Shown: in pieces, positions 8,847-17,106 of the stretch | Numbering within the stretch: the stretch's first letter is position 1 | Layout of the letters: each line of letters begins with the position of its first letter | Assembly (NCBI GenBank): GCA_012511175.1 | Contig: JAAZGO010000026.1 | Location: forward strand, 9,073-73,072 | DNA from: Fastidiosipila sp. | GTDB taxonomy: Bacteria; Bacillota; Clostridia; Saccharofermentanales; DTU023 | Reading direction: 5' to 3' | Length of the DNA stretch: 64,000 nt | Made by a program: the position numbers and the translations under genes | Notes under the pieces: model-generated | Database searches by the model: none | Told to the model about the DNA's origin: nothing | What the model saw: the letters and a program-made list of their open reading frames with translations, nothing else

Positions 8847-9122
8847 ATGGAATTTACCTTAGAGTTCTTTATGAACGACAGATACCAGCTTCTAAAACTT
8901 CTTCACGACAATCAGGTTAAAATCAAAGATGACTTCTATGTTCCGCTGTCTCAGCAGGAGATGGCAGATATGGCAAGAATGTCAAAATTGAAAACCAACC
9001 GAATTATCAACGAATTGATTGAAGAAGGATTTTTAGAAAGCTACAAAAACAAACGTGGCAAATACGAAATAACTGAAAAGGGTATGAAAGCCCTGTTCTT
9101 AATTCAAAAGACTAACGCCTGA
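8847..9122 (+). CDS. small winged-helix DNA-binding protein (possible controller of the R-M operon or element)
   Basis: The ATG at 8847 follows TAGGAGTG by 6 nt. The track start 8793 overlaps the TATAAT box. The 91-aa product contains LSQQEMADMARMSKLKTNRIINELIEEGFLE...KRGKYEITEKG (HTH plus wing). Confidence 0.6.
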   Translation: MEFTLEFFMNDRYQLLKLLHDNQVKIKDDFYVPLSQQEMADMARMSKLKTNRIINELIEEGFLESYKNKRGKYEITEKGMKALFLIQKTNA

Positions 9123-9141
9123 GTAAAGGAGGGCTATAACT

Positions 9142-10923
9142 TTGAATGAAATACAAAGAAACCATCAAACAACAATCAACGTGACTCAAAAGGCCAACCT
9201 TATTTGGGCAATAGCAGACATCATTGGGCAGGGTCTTTATAAACCCCACGAATACGGCAAGATTATTTTGCCTATGACCGTCATCAAGCGATTCAATGAC
9301 GCTCTTCTTCCGACCAAAGCAGAGGTCATGAGGGAATATGAAAAGACGAAACACCTGCAGGTTGCTGACATTCTTTTAGAGAGGGCTTCGGGGTATCTCT
9401 TTTACAACATCAGCCCTTTCACTTTTGAAAATCTTGTTCAAGACCCTGACCACATCGAAGCAAACTTTAGAGCCTTCTTGGGTGGCTTCTCTGAAAATGT
9501 AAAAGATGTCTTGGATAACTTTGAGTTTGAAAAAGAGATATCAAAGCTGGCAAATAACGGAATGCTCTTTTTGATTATCCAGGAGTTTAATAAACCGAGT
9601 GCTTACATGGGTCCTGACCTTATTTCCAGCACGGACATGGGCTACGTCTTCGAGGAATTGGTCAGACGCTTTTCTGAGTCCTACAACGAACAAGCAGGAG
9701 CTCACTTCACAAGCCGAGACATTATCTACCTCATGACAGACCTTCTTATCTCAGAAGACAGGGAAGTTTTGACTCAGGAGACGGTTGGGAAAACAGTTTA
9801 TGACCAAACCATGGGAACCAGCCAAATGCTGGCTTGTATGGAAGAAAGGATCAAAGACCTAAACAAAGAAGCTGGCGTAATTTTGTTCGGACAAGAATTA
9901 AATCCCGAAACTTATGCTATAGCCAAAGCGGATATGCTCATCAAGGGTGGCAACGCTGAAAACATGAAACTTGGGAATACGCTCACCAATGATCAGTTCC
10001 CTGGCTATACCTTCGACTACTGTATTTCCAATCCTCCCTTTGGGATTGACTGGAAGGTAGAAAAATCCTTTGTTGAGGCAGAAGCTAAAAAAGGGAATGC
10101 AGGACGTTTTGGTGTAGGACTTCCCCGAATTAGTGACGGGCAGCAGCTCTTTGACCTGAATGGACTTGCTAAGCTTAAGGATACGGGGAGAATGGCGATT
10201 GTCCATAATGGCTCTCCCTTGTTTGTGGGGGACGCAGGGTCAGGTTCCAGCGAAATCAGACGCTACATCATAGAGAACGACTGGCTGGAAGCAATCGTTC
10301 AATTACCCAATGACAGCTTTTACAACACGGGGATTACAACCTATGTCTGGATTATGTCAAAGAATAAAGCCCCTCACAGAAGAGGGCGAGTTCAGTTGAT
10401 TGATGCGTCCAAGATGTTTGACAAGAGGCGTAAATCCATCGGACATAAAAGAAACGATATATCAGAAGCTTGCAGGGAAGTTATCATTCAGGCTTACGGA
10501 GAGTTCGAAGACAAAGAATACGAGCTTGGTGACCGTGTTTGTGAGTCCAAGATTTTTGAGAATATTGAGTTTGGTTTTAATCGAATCGTGATTGAAACGC
10601 CTGAATATGATGAGAACGGACAGGCTGTAAAAAATAGGGGCAAAAAGGTTGCGGATACCAAGAAGCGTGACTATGAGAATGTTCCCCTCACCGAAGACAT
10701 TGACAGTTATTTTGAAAGAGAGGTAAAACCTTACAATCCTGACGCTTGGATTGATAAGAACAAAATATCTGTTGGATATGAGATTCCCTTCACTCGTTAT
10801 TTCTACAAGTTCCAGCCGCCTGAGAAGTCTGAAGATATTGCTGACCGGATTATGGCGATGGAAAAAGACCTCATGGTTTCTCTTCATGAATTGTTTTCTG
10901 ACGGAGGTGAGGCAGTTGAGTAG
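9142..10923 (+). CDS. hsdM: type I restriction-modification system, methyltransferase subunit
   Basis: 593 aa, TTG start 8 nt after AAAGGAGGG. HsdM N-terminal motif ANLIWAIADII..YKPHEYGKIILPMTVIKRF. SAM-binding region DQTMGTSQML and catalytic NPPFG (CISNPPFGIDW). Confidence 0.9.
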   Translation: MNEIQRNHQTTINVTQKANLIWAIADIIGQGLYKPHEYGKIILPMTVIKRFNDALLPTKAEVMREYEKTKHLQVADILLERASGYLFYNISPFTFENLVQDPDHIEANFRAFLGGFSENVKDVLDNFEFEKEISKLANNGMLFLIIQEFNKPSAYMGPDLISSTDMGYVFEELVRRFSESYNEQAGAHFTSRDIIYLMTDLLISEDREVLTQETVGKTVYDQTMGTSQMLACMEERIKDLNKEAGVILFGQELNPETYAIAKADMLIKGGNAENMKLGNTLTNDQFPGYTFDYCISNPPFGIDWKVEKSFVEAEAKKGNAGRFGVGLPRISDGQQLFDLNGLAKLKDTGRMAIVHNGSPLFVGDAGSGSSEIRRYIIENDWLEAIVQLPNDSFYNTGITTYVWIMSKNKAPHRRGRVQLIDASKMFDKRRKSIGHKRNDISEACREVIIQAYGEFEDKEYELGDRVCESKIFENIEFGFNRIVIETPEYDENGQAVKNRGKKVADTKKRDYENVPLTEDIDSYFEREVKPYNPDAWIDKNKISVGYEIPFTRYFYKFQPPEKSEDIADRIMAMEKDLMVSLHELFSDGGEAVE

Positions 10924-12172
10924 ACGAATGAAAGATTCAGGTGTTGAGTGGATAGGGGAGATACCAGAAGACTGGGGAATGTCCTTATTAGGTAATCACT
11001 TTAGAGAGCGAACAGAGAGAGTTTCTGACTTTGATTATGAGCCACTATCCGTGACAAAAAGAGGGATACTCAGGCAACTTGAAACTGTTGCTAAAACGTC
11101 GAATAGAGACGACAGGAAGAAAGTCTGCATCAATGATTTTGTTATAAACTCACGCTCGGATAGAAAGCAATCGTGCGGTTTATCGTCACTAAACGGGTCG
11201 GTCTCTGTAATAAACACTGTGCTTGCGATAAGAGATATTGACCCAGAATACGCAAAGTATCTATTAGACAATTACGGTTTCGCTGAAGAGTTTTATAGGT
11301 GGGGAACAGGAATAGTCGATGATCTTTGGTCCACAAGATACAGCTCAATGAAGAAGATTCGAATTCCTATTCCTCCTCAACAGGTTCAGTCGAGAATCGC
11401 CACCTACCTCGACCAAAAAACCGCAACCATCGACCACATTATTGAGAAGACAAAAGAATCCATTGAAGACTACAAGCTATACAAACAATCCCTGATAAGT
11501 GAAGCCGTCACCAAGGGGCTTAGCCCTGATATGAAACTCAAAGATAGCGGTGTTGAGTGGATTGGGGAGATGCCTGAGCATTGGGCTATAAGCAAAATAA
11601 AGCACGTTGCGGATTTTGCTCCAAATCTGAACTTGGAGTTTGATGAGGAACAACCTATCGGCTACGTTCCTATGGATCGAGTGAAAAGCGGCTACCTGTT
11701 GCCCGGAGAAAGCTTGTTCCAAAATCTGAGCACCGGACTTGTTCCTTTCCAAGAGGGTGATATCGTCATGGCAAAGGTGACGCCATGTTTTGAAAATGGA
11801 AATATTGCGGTTGCGAAGAATTTATCACAACGAGTTGCTTACGGAAGTTCAGAGCTGTTTGTTTTTAGGAGTCATGGGGTAGATACTGACTATCTATATT
11901 ATTTTCTTCAAACAAATCTCTTTAAAGATGCTTCTGTTGCAACAATGACGGGGACGGGGGGGCTAAAACGCGTATCATCTTCTTTCGTAAGGAACGCCTA
12001 TCTTCCCATGCCTTCAGTTGTAGAGCAAAAAGAAATCTCTTCCCATCTGGGTAGAGAAATAAGGAAGATGGAAGAAACGATTATTCAAAAAGAACAACTC
12101 ATTGAAGACTTAGAAGCTTACAAAAAATCCCTCATCTACGAAGTTGTCACAGGCAAAAGGGAGGTTCAGTAA
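10916..12172 (+). CDS. hsdS: type I restriction-modification system, specificity subunit
   Basis: Two-TRD architecture. The conserved segment is repeated (MKDSGVEWIGEIPEDW at the N-terminus and LKDSGVEWIGEMPEHW mid-protein; DNA about 10931-10977 versus 11540-11586). Coiled-coil spacers are present (EDYKLYKQSLISEAVTKG / EDLEAYKKSLIYEVVTGK). TTG 10916 (GGAGG 8 nt upstream, overlapping the hsdM end) is preferred. ATG 10928 is an alternative. Confidence 0.85.
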   Translation: MSRRMKDSGVEWIGEIPEDWGMSLLGNHFRERTERVSDFDYEPLSVTKRGILRQLETVAKTSNRDDRKKVCINDFVINSRSDRKQSCGLSSLNGSVSVINTVLAIRDIDPEYAKYLLDNYGFAEEFYRWGTGIVDDLWSTRYSSMKKIRIPIPPQQVQSRIATYLDQKTATIDHIIEKTKESIEDYKLYKQSLISEAVTKGLSPDMKLKDSGVEWIGEMPEHWAISKIKHVADFAPNLNLEFDEEQPIGYVPMDRVKSGYLLPGESLFQNLSTGLVPFQEGDIVMAKVTPCFENGNIAVAKNLSQRVAYGSSELFVFRSHGVDTDYLYYFLQTNLFKDASVATMTGTGGLKRVSSSFVRNAYLPMPSVVEQKEISSHLGREIRKMEETIIQKEQLIEDLEAYKKSLIYEVVTGKREVQ

Positions 12173-12174
12173 TC

Positions 12175-15100
12175 ATGGACTACAAAGAAAAACGCTTTGA
12201 AGAGGACATCGAACAATGGCTTCTGATCTATGGCGGTTATACCAAAGGCGACCAAAAAACCTATGACAGAAAAAAAGCCCTTGACCTCCCCAAGCTGGTT
12301 GAGTTCATTCAAGCAACCCAACCCAAAGCATGGGAACGCTACGTCTATACCTACAAAGCGGACGCAGAAAACAAGCTATTCAAACGGTTTACTGAGGAAG
12401 TTGAATTAAACGGACTTCTCCATGTTCTAAGGCGAGGGATAACCGACCACGGGATCAGACTCCGTGTCGCAGCCTTCCCTCAAGAGTCAACCCTCAATCC
12501 GGAGGTCGTAAAGAACTATGAAGCCAATATCCTGACAGTCACCCGGCAATTCAAGTATTCCACAGCCAATGAAAATTCGATTGATATGGTGTTGTCATTA
12601 AATGGCATACCTATTGTTGCTTTGGAGCTGAAAGACCAATTTACAGGTCAGAATGTTGATAACGCCAAAAAGCAATTCATGTATAACCGTGACCCAAGAG
12701 AACTCTGCTTCCAATTCAATAAACGCTTCCTGGTTTGTTTTGCGGTTGACTTAGATGAAGTTGAGATGACAACAAAGCTCGAAAGGGGCAACACCGTCTT
12801 CTTACCTTTCAATCAGGGAAGTAGTGGTTCGGGGAAAGTAGGAGGGGCAGGGAACCCCAAAAACGTTGAGGGCTATCCAGTTTCATATTTATGGGAACAG
12901 GTTTTGAAAAAAGACTCTCTCATGGATCTTTTGAGGCGTTATCTCCATTTAGATCAAAAGGTTGAGAAAGTCGTAAAGAACGGCAAGGAGACCCGAAAGA
13001 GAGAAGAGAAACTCATTTTCCCCCGCTACCATCAGCTCGATTCTGTCCGGTATCTTTTAGGGGACGCAAGAGCAAATGGCAGCGGTCAAAACTACCTTAT
13101 TCAACACAGTGCCGGTTCAGGAAAGTCAAACTCCATCGCTTGGCTTTCTTATGGATTGGCAAGCCTCCATGATGAGAATAACCAACATATCTTTAATTCG
13201 GTTATCGTGGTGACTGACCGGAAGGTATTGGACAATCAGCTCCAAAGAACCATCTCTTCTTTTGACCATACCAAGGGGCTTATTGAAATAATAGACGACA
13301 AAAAGACCTCTCAGGATTTGAGGAAAGCCATCAATGACGGGAAGCGGATTATTGTCACGACCCTTCAAAAGTTCCCCTTCATCTACGAAGAAATTGATGA
13401 AGTGAAAGGCAAACGCTTTGCTGTCATCGTTGACGAAGCCCATTCAAGCCAGACGGGAAAGAGTGCGGCAAAGCTACGGGAAGGTCTGACGGATACGGAA
13501 GAAGCTCTCAGGGAATACGAGAGGATTGAGTCAGCCGAAGAAAGGGAAGCAGAAGACTACGAAGATAAGATTGTAAATGAGCTTTTGGCTCACGGCCGCC
13601 AGGAGAATCTTTCTTTCTTTGCCTTTACCGCAACCCCCAAACAAAAGACGTTAGAAGTATTCGGCAAGAAGACACCCGAAGGCTCTTTTATTGCTCACCA
13701 TATTTACAGCATGAGACAAGCCATTGAAGAGGGCTTTATCCTGGATGTCTTGAAAAACTACATGACTTACAAAACCTGCTACAAGATTGCCAAAGAAACA
13801 GAAGATAACCCAGCATTACCGTCTTCCCTTGCGACAAGAACCATCAAAAACTACCAGTCGCTTCACCCTTATAACCTCCAACAAAAAACGGCCATCATTA
13901 TTGAACAGTTCCGAGAGGTCACAAAAAAGAAAATCGGAGGAAGAGCCAAAGCTATGGTGGTCACGTCTTCCCGTCTTCATGCGGTGAGATATTACCATGA
14001 GTTCAAACACTACATTGAACGAAAAGGTTATGAGGATGTCGATATTCTGGTTGCCTTTTCGGGGATTGTGAAAGACCATTCCATTGATTACACCGAAGAG
14101 GGGATCAATAAGAGAAGAGACGGCAGCACCATCAAGGAAGACCAGCTCAGAGACGATTTTCACGGAGATGATTTCAATGTTCTGATTGTTGCTGAAAAAT
14201 ACCAGACTGGATTTGACGAACCACTCCTTCACAGTATGTTTGTCGATAAAAAGCTGGAAGGTGTGAAGGCAGTCCAAACTTTATCAAGGTTGAACCGTAT
14301 TTACCAAGGAAAAGAAGACACCTTCGTTTTGGATTTTGTGAATACGGGTGATGACATTCAAGAAGCCTTCAAGCCTTACTATGAGGCAACCATTCTTGAT
14401 GAAGAAATAAACATCAACTTGATTTACGATACGAGGTCAGCCCTTCAGCAATACGGTCTTTACAATAACGAGGACATAGAAGAATTCGTCAAGATTTACT
14501 ACAAGAAGGGGAAACAGACGGAGACTGATTTGGGGCGTATGACTTCCGCATTAAAACCCGCTGTCAAACGCTACGAGGATCTGGACGAGGATGAGCGTTT
14601 TGGTTTCAAGCGTATCGCAAGAAACTTCGTCAGGTGGTATGCCTATATCACTCAGATTGCCAGAATGTTTGATAAAGAACTTCACAAGGAATATGTCTTT
14701 GTTTCCTACCTTGAAAAGCTTCTTCCCAAAGTCAGTCCGGATCCCGTTGATTTAGAGGGAAAGCTGAAACTTGAATTCTACAAATTACAGCAGACCTTCA
14801 AGGGCGACATTAGTTTCTCACCCATCGGGGAAGAACAGGTCATATATAACCCTGAGAACATCAACCCTGAATCCAGTCCGGAACCGGACGAGCTCTTGGA
14901 AACTATCATCAAGCGTATCAACGATCGTTATACGGGAACGTTTTCTGAAAGCGATAGGGTAATTGTTGAGACAATTTACAACCGAGGAATCAAGAACAAC
15001 AAAGAAGTTGAAAAATATGTCAAAAGCAACGACATGGAAGTTTTCATAAACAGTATTTTCCCCCAAGTTTTCAAGGCAATAGCTCAGAGCCTTTATGCTG

Positions 15101-15198
15101 AATCAATCGAGTCATACACGAAGCTTTTTGAGGACAGAGAACTCTACGCTTCGGTCATGGAAGAGATGGCACGACAAGCCTATAAAGAGCTTGGATAA
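12175..15198 (+). CDS. hsdR: type I restriction endonuclease, R subunit
   Basis: 1007 aa. N-terminal PD-(D/E)xK-like nuclease region (IDMVLSLNGIPIVALELKDQ). SF2 motor with Walker A-like QHSAGSGKS and DEAH box (VIVDEAHSSQTG), then helicase C motifs (AEKYQTGFDEP, QTLSRLNR). Confidence 0.9.
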   Translation: MDYKEKRFEEDIEQWLLIYGGYTKGDQKTYDRKKALDLPKLVEFIQATQPKAWERYVYTYKADAENKLFKRFTEEVELNGLLHVLRRGITDHGIRLRVAAFPQESTLNPEVVKNYEANILTVTRQFKYSTANENSIDMVLSLNGIPIVALELKDQFTGQNVDNAKKQFMYNRDPRELCFQFNKRFLVCFAVDLDEVEMTTKLERGNTVFLPFNQGSSGSGKVGGAGNPKNVEGYPVSYLWEQVLKKDSLMDLLRRYLHLDQKVEKVVKNGKETRKREEKLIFPRYHQLDSVRYLLGDARANGSGQNYLIQHSAGSGKSNSIAWLSYGLASLHDENNQHIFNSVIVVTDRKVLDNQLQRTISSFDHTKGLIEIIDDKKTSQDLRKAINDGKRIIVTTLQKFPFIYEEIDEVKGKRFAVIVDEAHSSQTGKSAAKLREGLTDTEEALREYERIESAEEREAEDYEDKIVNELLAHGRQENLSFFAFTATPKQKTLEVFGKKTPEGSFIAHHIYSMRQAIEEGFILDVLKNYMTYKTCYKIAKETEDNPALPSSLATRTIKNYQSLHPYNLQQKTAIIIEQFREVTKKKIGGRAKAMVVTSSRLHAVRYYHEFKHYIERKGYEDVDILVAFSGIVKDHSIDYTEEGINKRRDGSTIKEDQLRDDFHGDDFNVLIVAEKYQTGFDEPLLHSMFVDKKLEGVKAVQTLSRLNRIYQGKEDTFVLDFVNTGDDIQEAFKPYYEATILDEEININLIYDTRSALQQYGLYNNEDIEEFVKIYYKKGKQTETDLGRMTSALKPAVKRYEDLDEDERFGFKRIARNFVRWYAYITQIARMFDKELHKEYVFVSYLEKLLPKVSPDPVDLEGKLKLEFYKLQQTFKGDISFSPIGEEQVIYNPENINPESSPEPDELLETIIKRINDRYTGTFSESDRVIVETIYNRGIKNNKEVEKYVKSNDMEVFINSIFPQVFKAIAQSLYAESIESYTKLFEDRELYASVMEEMARQAYKELG

Positions 15199-15202
15199 AG
15201 AA

Positions 15203-15262
15203 GGGGGTATATAATTTCCCCCAATGATTACACGAAGCCGTCAGAGAGCGTCTGGCGGCTTC
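15203..15262. terminator. two hairpins between convergent hsdR and the transposase gene
   Basis: GGGGG-10 nt-CCCCC (15203-15222), T-rich on the minus-strand side. GAAGCCG-15 nt-CGGCTTC (15234-15262). Confidence 0.4.
15222..15234. repeat. inner inverted repeat, left copy (CAATGATTACACG)
   Basis: 12/13 match to the reverse complement of 16987-16999 (CATTGATTACACG). The pair closely brackets the transposase gene. Confidence 0.5.
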
Positions 15263-15265
15263 CTG

Positions 15266-16879
15266 CTACATGAAACGACTGGCACGAATCGCTTCTAAAT
15301 CTTCCTCTGAAATCTTCATGGGTTGGTTCTCGGAAATCAACCGATAAAGAATATTTTCAATGTCAGGGTGCTTCAAAATCATAGAGATAAGAACCCATTT
15401 GTTCATTTTTCTGTAGCCCCTAATTCCACACTCTTTAGAGATTTCATAGAGCCTGGAATTAGGCAAGTCGAACAGATATTCACGCCTGTTGAAACTTCTA
15501 ACACCATCTTCTTCATTAAACTTGAAGTATTTATTGTTGGTGGCTTCCCTTGCTCTCTTGGTATTCTCACGAAGGAGGGTAGTATATCGAGAGCTTGGCA
15601 TAGGAAGGTTGATTTCTTGTTGCATGACTTCGGGAAGAGTGTAATTCGCCATTCCTTTCAAAATTTCAACAAAAATCATTTCAGCGTCTTTTTCCGATGA
15701 GGGATACTTGCCATGCGTCACTCTCCAATTTCGGATGTAATTGAAAAAGCCAACATAGTATTCAAGATACTTCGTTGAAACATTCGTCATGTTCTTAACG
15801 ATATAGAGCTTAATGTCCTTATGAAGCTCATTGACACGGGCGAGATTTAACCCTTTTTCTTTTCGAAGTTTCAAAAAATCTTCATAGAGCAGTCCACCCA
15901 CGTTATTGATGTGATCGATTTCTTCTCTTCGGTAAAGTCTATTCATAATGACAGCATTTTCCCGTCTTGCTTCTTTTACTCCAAAGACATCCGCAAGGTC
16001 TGCATCCACAACTCCGTTGCTTTTCAAAATCTCGTCATAGTTAGACGGCCGAACATAATGAGGATAATTGAATATTCCACACACTTCCTTATAGACGGTG
16101 TTGGCGTCCGAGCAAACATAAGCAGGATGGTCAAGGTGTTCTACAAAAAAGTCTGTAATCAGTTCTTTGGTGACCCGACCCATCGCTGTCACTTTGCAAA
16201 CACAATAGCCCCTGTTATCAATGGCTGTGACTACCGTGGCAAATTCAGGACCCATGACTCCCACTATTGAGGGCTTACGACCATAACGGGGTTTCCTCTT
16301 TGTGTCTTTTGAAAGATAGGAAACAAGCCCCCTGCTTCCCTTTTGACTTTCTCGAATAAAGGTTTCATCTACTTGGACAACCCCACTCAGAAGAGGCGTA
16401 TTCATTTTCGAGAGGGCATGGATTAGTTTCATACGCCAGAACCAGACCGTCTTGATATTGATTCCCTCATAGCCATAATCTCTTTCCAAAACATTCTGCA
16501 TGGATTTGAGAGAAAGATTGTTGATTGTCATTTGGAGCATTTTGACCCACGCATCCCAATGCCAGTTGTTCTTTTCAAGGATGGTTCCCGTGAAGCGTGT
16601 AAATCTCTTATGACAAACCTTACACAGATAACGCTGCGAGCCATCAGACCGCTTACCATTCTTGACGACATCCTTGGACTGACAGCTCGGGCAGACACTA
16701 TTGATGTCATGCTTTTCGAGTTGAGATTGAAGGCTGTTTGTGATGGCTTGTTTGACTTCATTATCAAAGCTGACCCCCGACTCTTTTGAGTAGCCGTCCA
16801 CCAGCTTCTTCATGGCGTGAAAGGGGAGCTGTGAGAAGATTTCTTGTAATTCTTGTTCTGAATAAGTCTTCTGGTTCAT
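15266..16879 (-). CDS. IS1595-family (ISXO2-like DDE) transposase with long C-terminal extension
   Basis: ATG 16879 follows GAGAGGAGG; the track's upstream start is less likely. Zinc ribbon CPSCQS...YLCKVCHKRF, then FTGTILEKNNWHWDAWVKML. DDE_Tnp_IS1595-like VVQVDETFI ... VCSDANTVY ... NELHKDIKLYIVKNMTNVSTKYLEYYVGFFNYIRN. The 537 aa compare with roughly 300 aa for typical family members. The C-terminus carries a Rho_N/SAP-like motif (LYEISKECGIRGYRKMNKWVLISMIL). Confidence 0.8.
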   Translation of the reverse strand: MNQKTYSEQELQEIFSQLPFHAMKKLVDGYSKESGVSFDNEVKQAITNSLQSQLEKHDINSVCPSCQSKDVVKNGKRSDGSQRYLCKVCHKRFTRFTGTILEKNNWHWDAWVKMLQMTINNLSLKSMQNVLERDYGYEGINIKTVWFWRMKLIHALSKMNTPLLSGVVQVDETFIRESQKGSRGLVSYLSKDTKRKPRYGRKPSIVGVMGPEFATVVTAIDNRGYCVCKVTAMGRVTKELITDFFVEHLDHPAYVCSDANTVYKEVCGIFNYPHYVRPSNYDEILKSNGVVDADLADVFGVKEARRENAVIMNRLYRREEIDHINNVGGLLYEDFLKLRKEKGLNLARVNELHKDIKLYIVKNMTNVSTKYLEYYVGFFNYIRNWRVTHGKYPSSEKDAEMIFVEILKGMANYTLPEVMQQEINLPMPSSRYTTLLRENTKRAREATNNKYFKFNEEDGVRSFNRREYLFDLPNSRLYEISKECGIRGYRKMNKWVLISMILKHPDIENILYRLISENQPMKISEEDLEAIRASRFM

Positions 16880-16986
16880 CGGAAACCTCCTCTCAATCAA
16901 GGTGCGGTTCATTTCCTTACACCATAAGGCTATCATAATCTCTCGAAAATATCAAGCAGAAAATGGGCATATTTGCATTCTGAAGC

Positions 16987-16999
16987 CGTGTAATCAATG
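16987..16999. repeat. inner inverted repeat, right copy
   Basis: CGTGTAATCAATG. A second TGATTACA-type motif lies at 17012-17021 (reverse strand), adjacent to the outer IR. Confidence 0.5.
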
Positions 17000-17017
17000 T
17001 ATATTGGTGTTTGTAAT

Positions 17018-17041
17018 CATCACCCGATGGTTGGAATATAT
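17018..17041. repeat. right terminal inverted repeat
   Basis: See the left IR entry; 20/24 identity. Confidence 0.75.
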
Positions 17042-17043
17042 GT

Positions 17044-17052
17044 GATGGTTTC
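17044..17052. repeat. right copy of 9-bp direct repeat GATGGTTTC
   Basis: Perfect match to 8591-8599. Confidence 0.8.
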
Positions 17053-17059
17053 GGGCATC

Positions 17060-17087
17060 TTGACATCTTCCGCCGGGAGCTTAGAAT
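17060..17087 (+). promoter_or_regulatory. sigma-A-type promoter of the MBOAT operon
   Basis: TTGACA (17060-17065), 16-nt spacer, TAGAAT (17082-17087), about 20 nt before the ATG at 17107. Confidence 0.5.
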
Positions 17088-17106
17088 GGGGCAATAGGAA
17101 TAAACT

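Larger units (their letters stand above)
8600..17043. mobile_element. 8.4-kb IS1595-type transposon carrying wHTH + type I R-M (hsdMSR) cargo
   Basis: Sharp drop in G+C. Terminal IRs and a 9-bp TSD are present. A transposase gene sits at the right end. Joining the flanks restores a normal short intergenic region. Confidence 0.8.

Noticed and set aside
10916-12172. The internal DNA and protein repeat in hsdS as a sign of phase-variable specificity shuffling.
   Set aside because: The repeat is the normal conserved region shared by the two halves of every HsdS. There is no second hsdS copy, no inverted hsdS fragment and no nearby recombinase.
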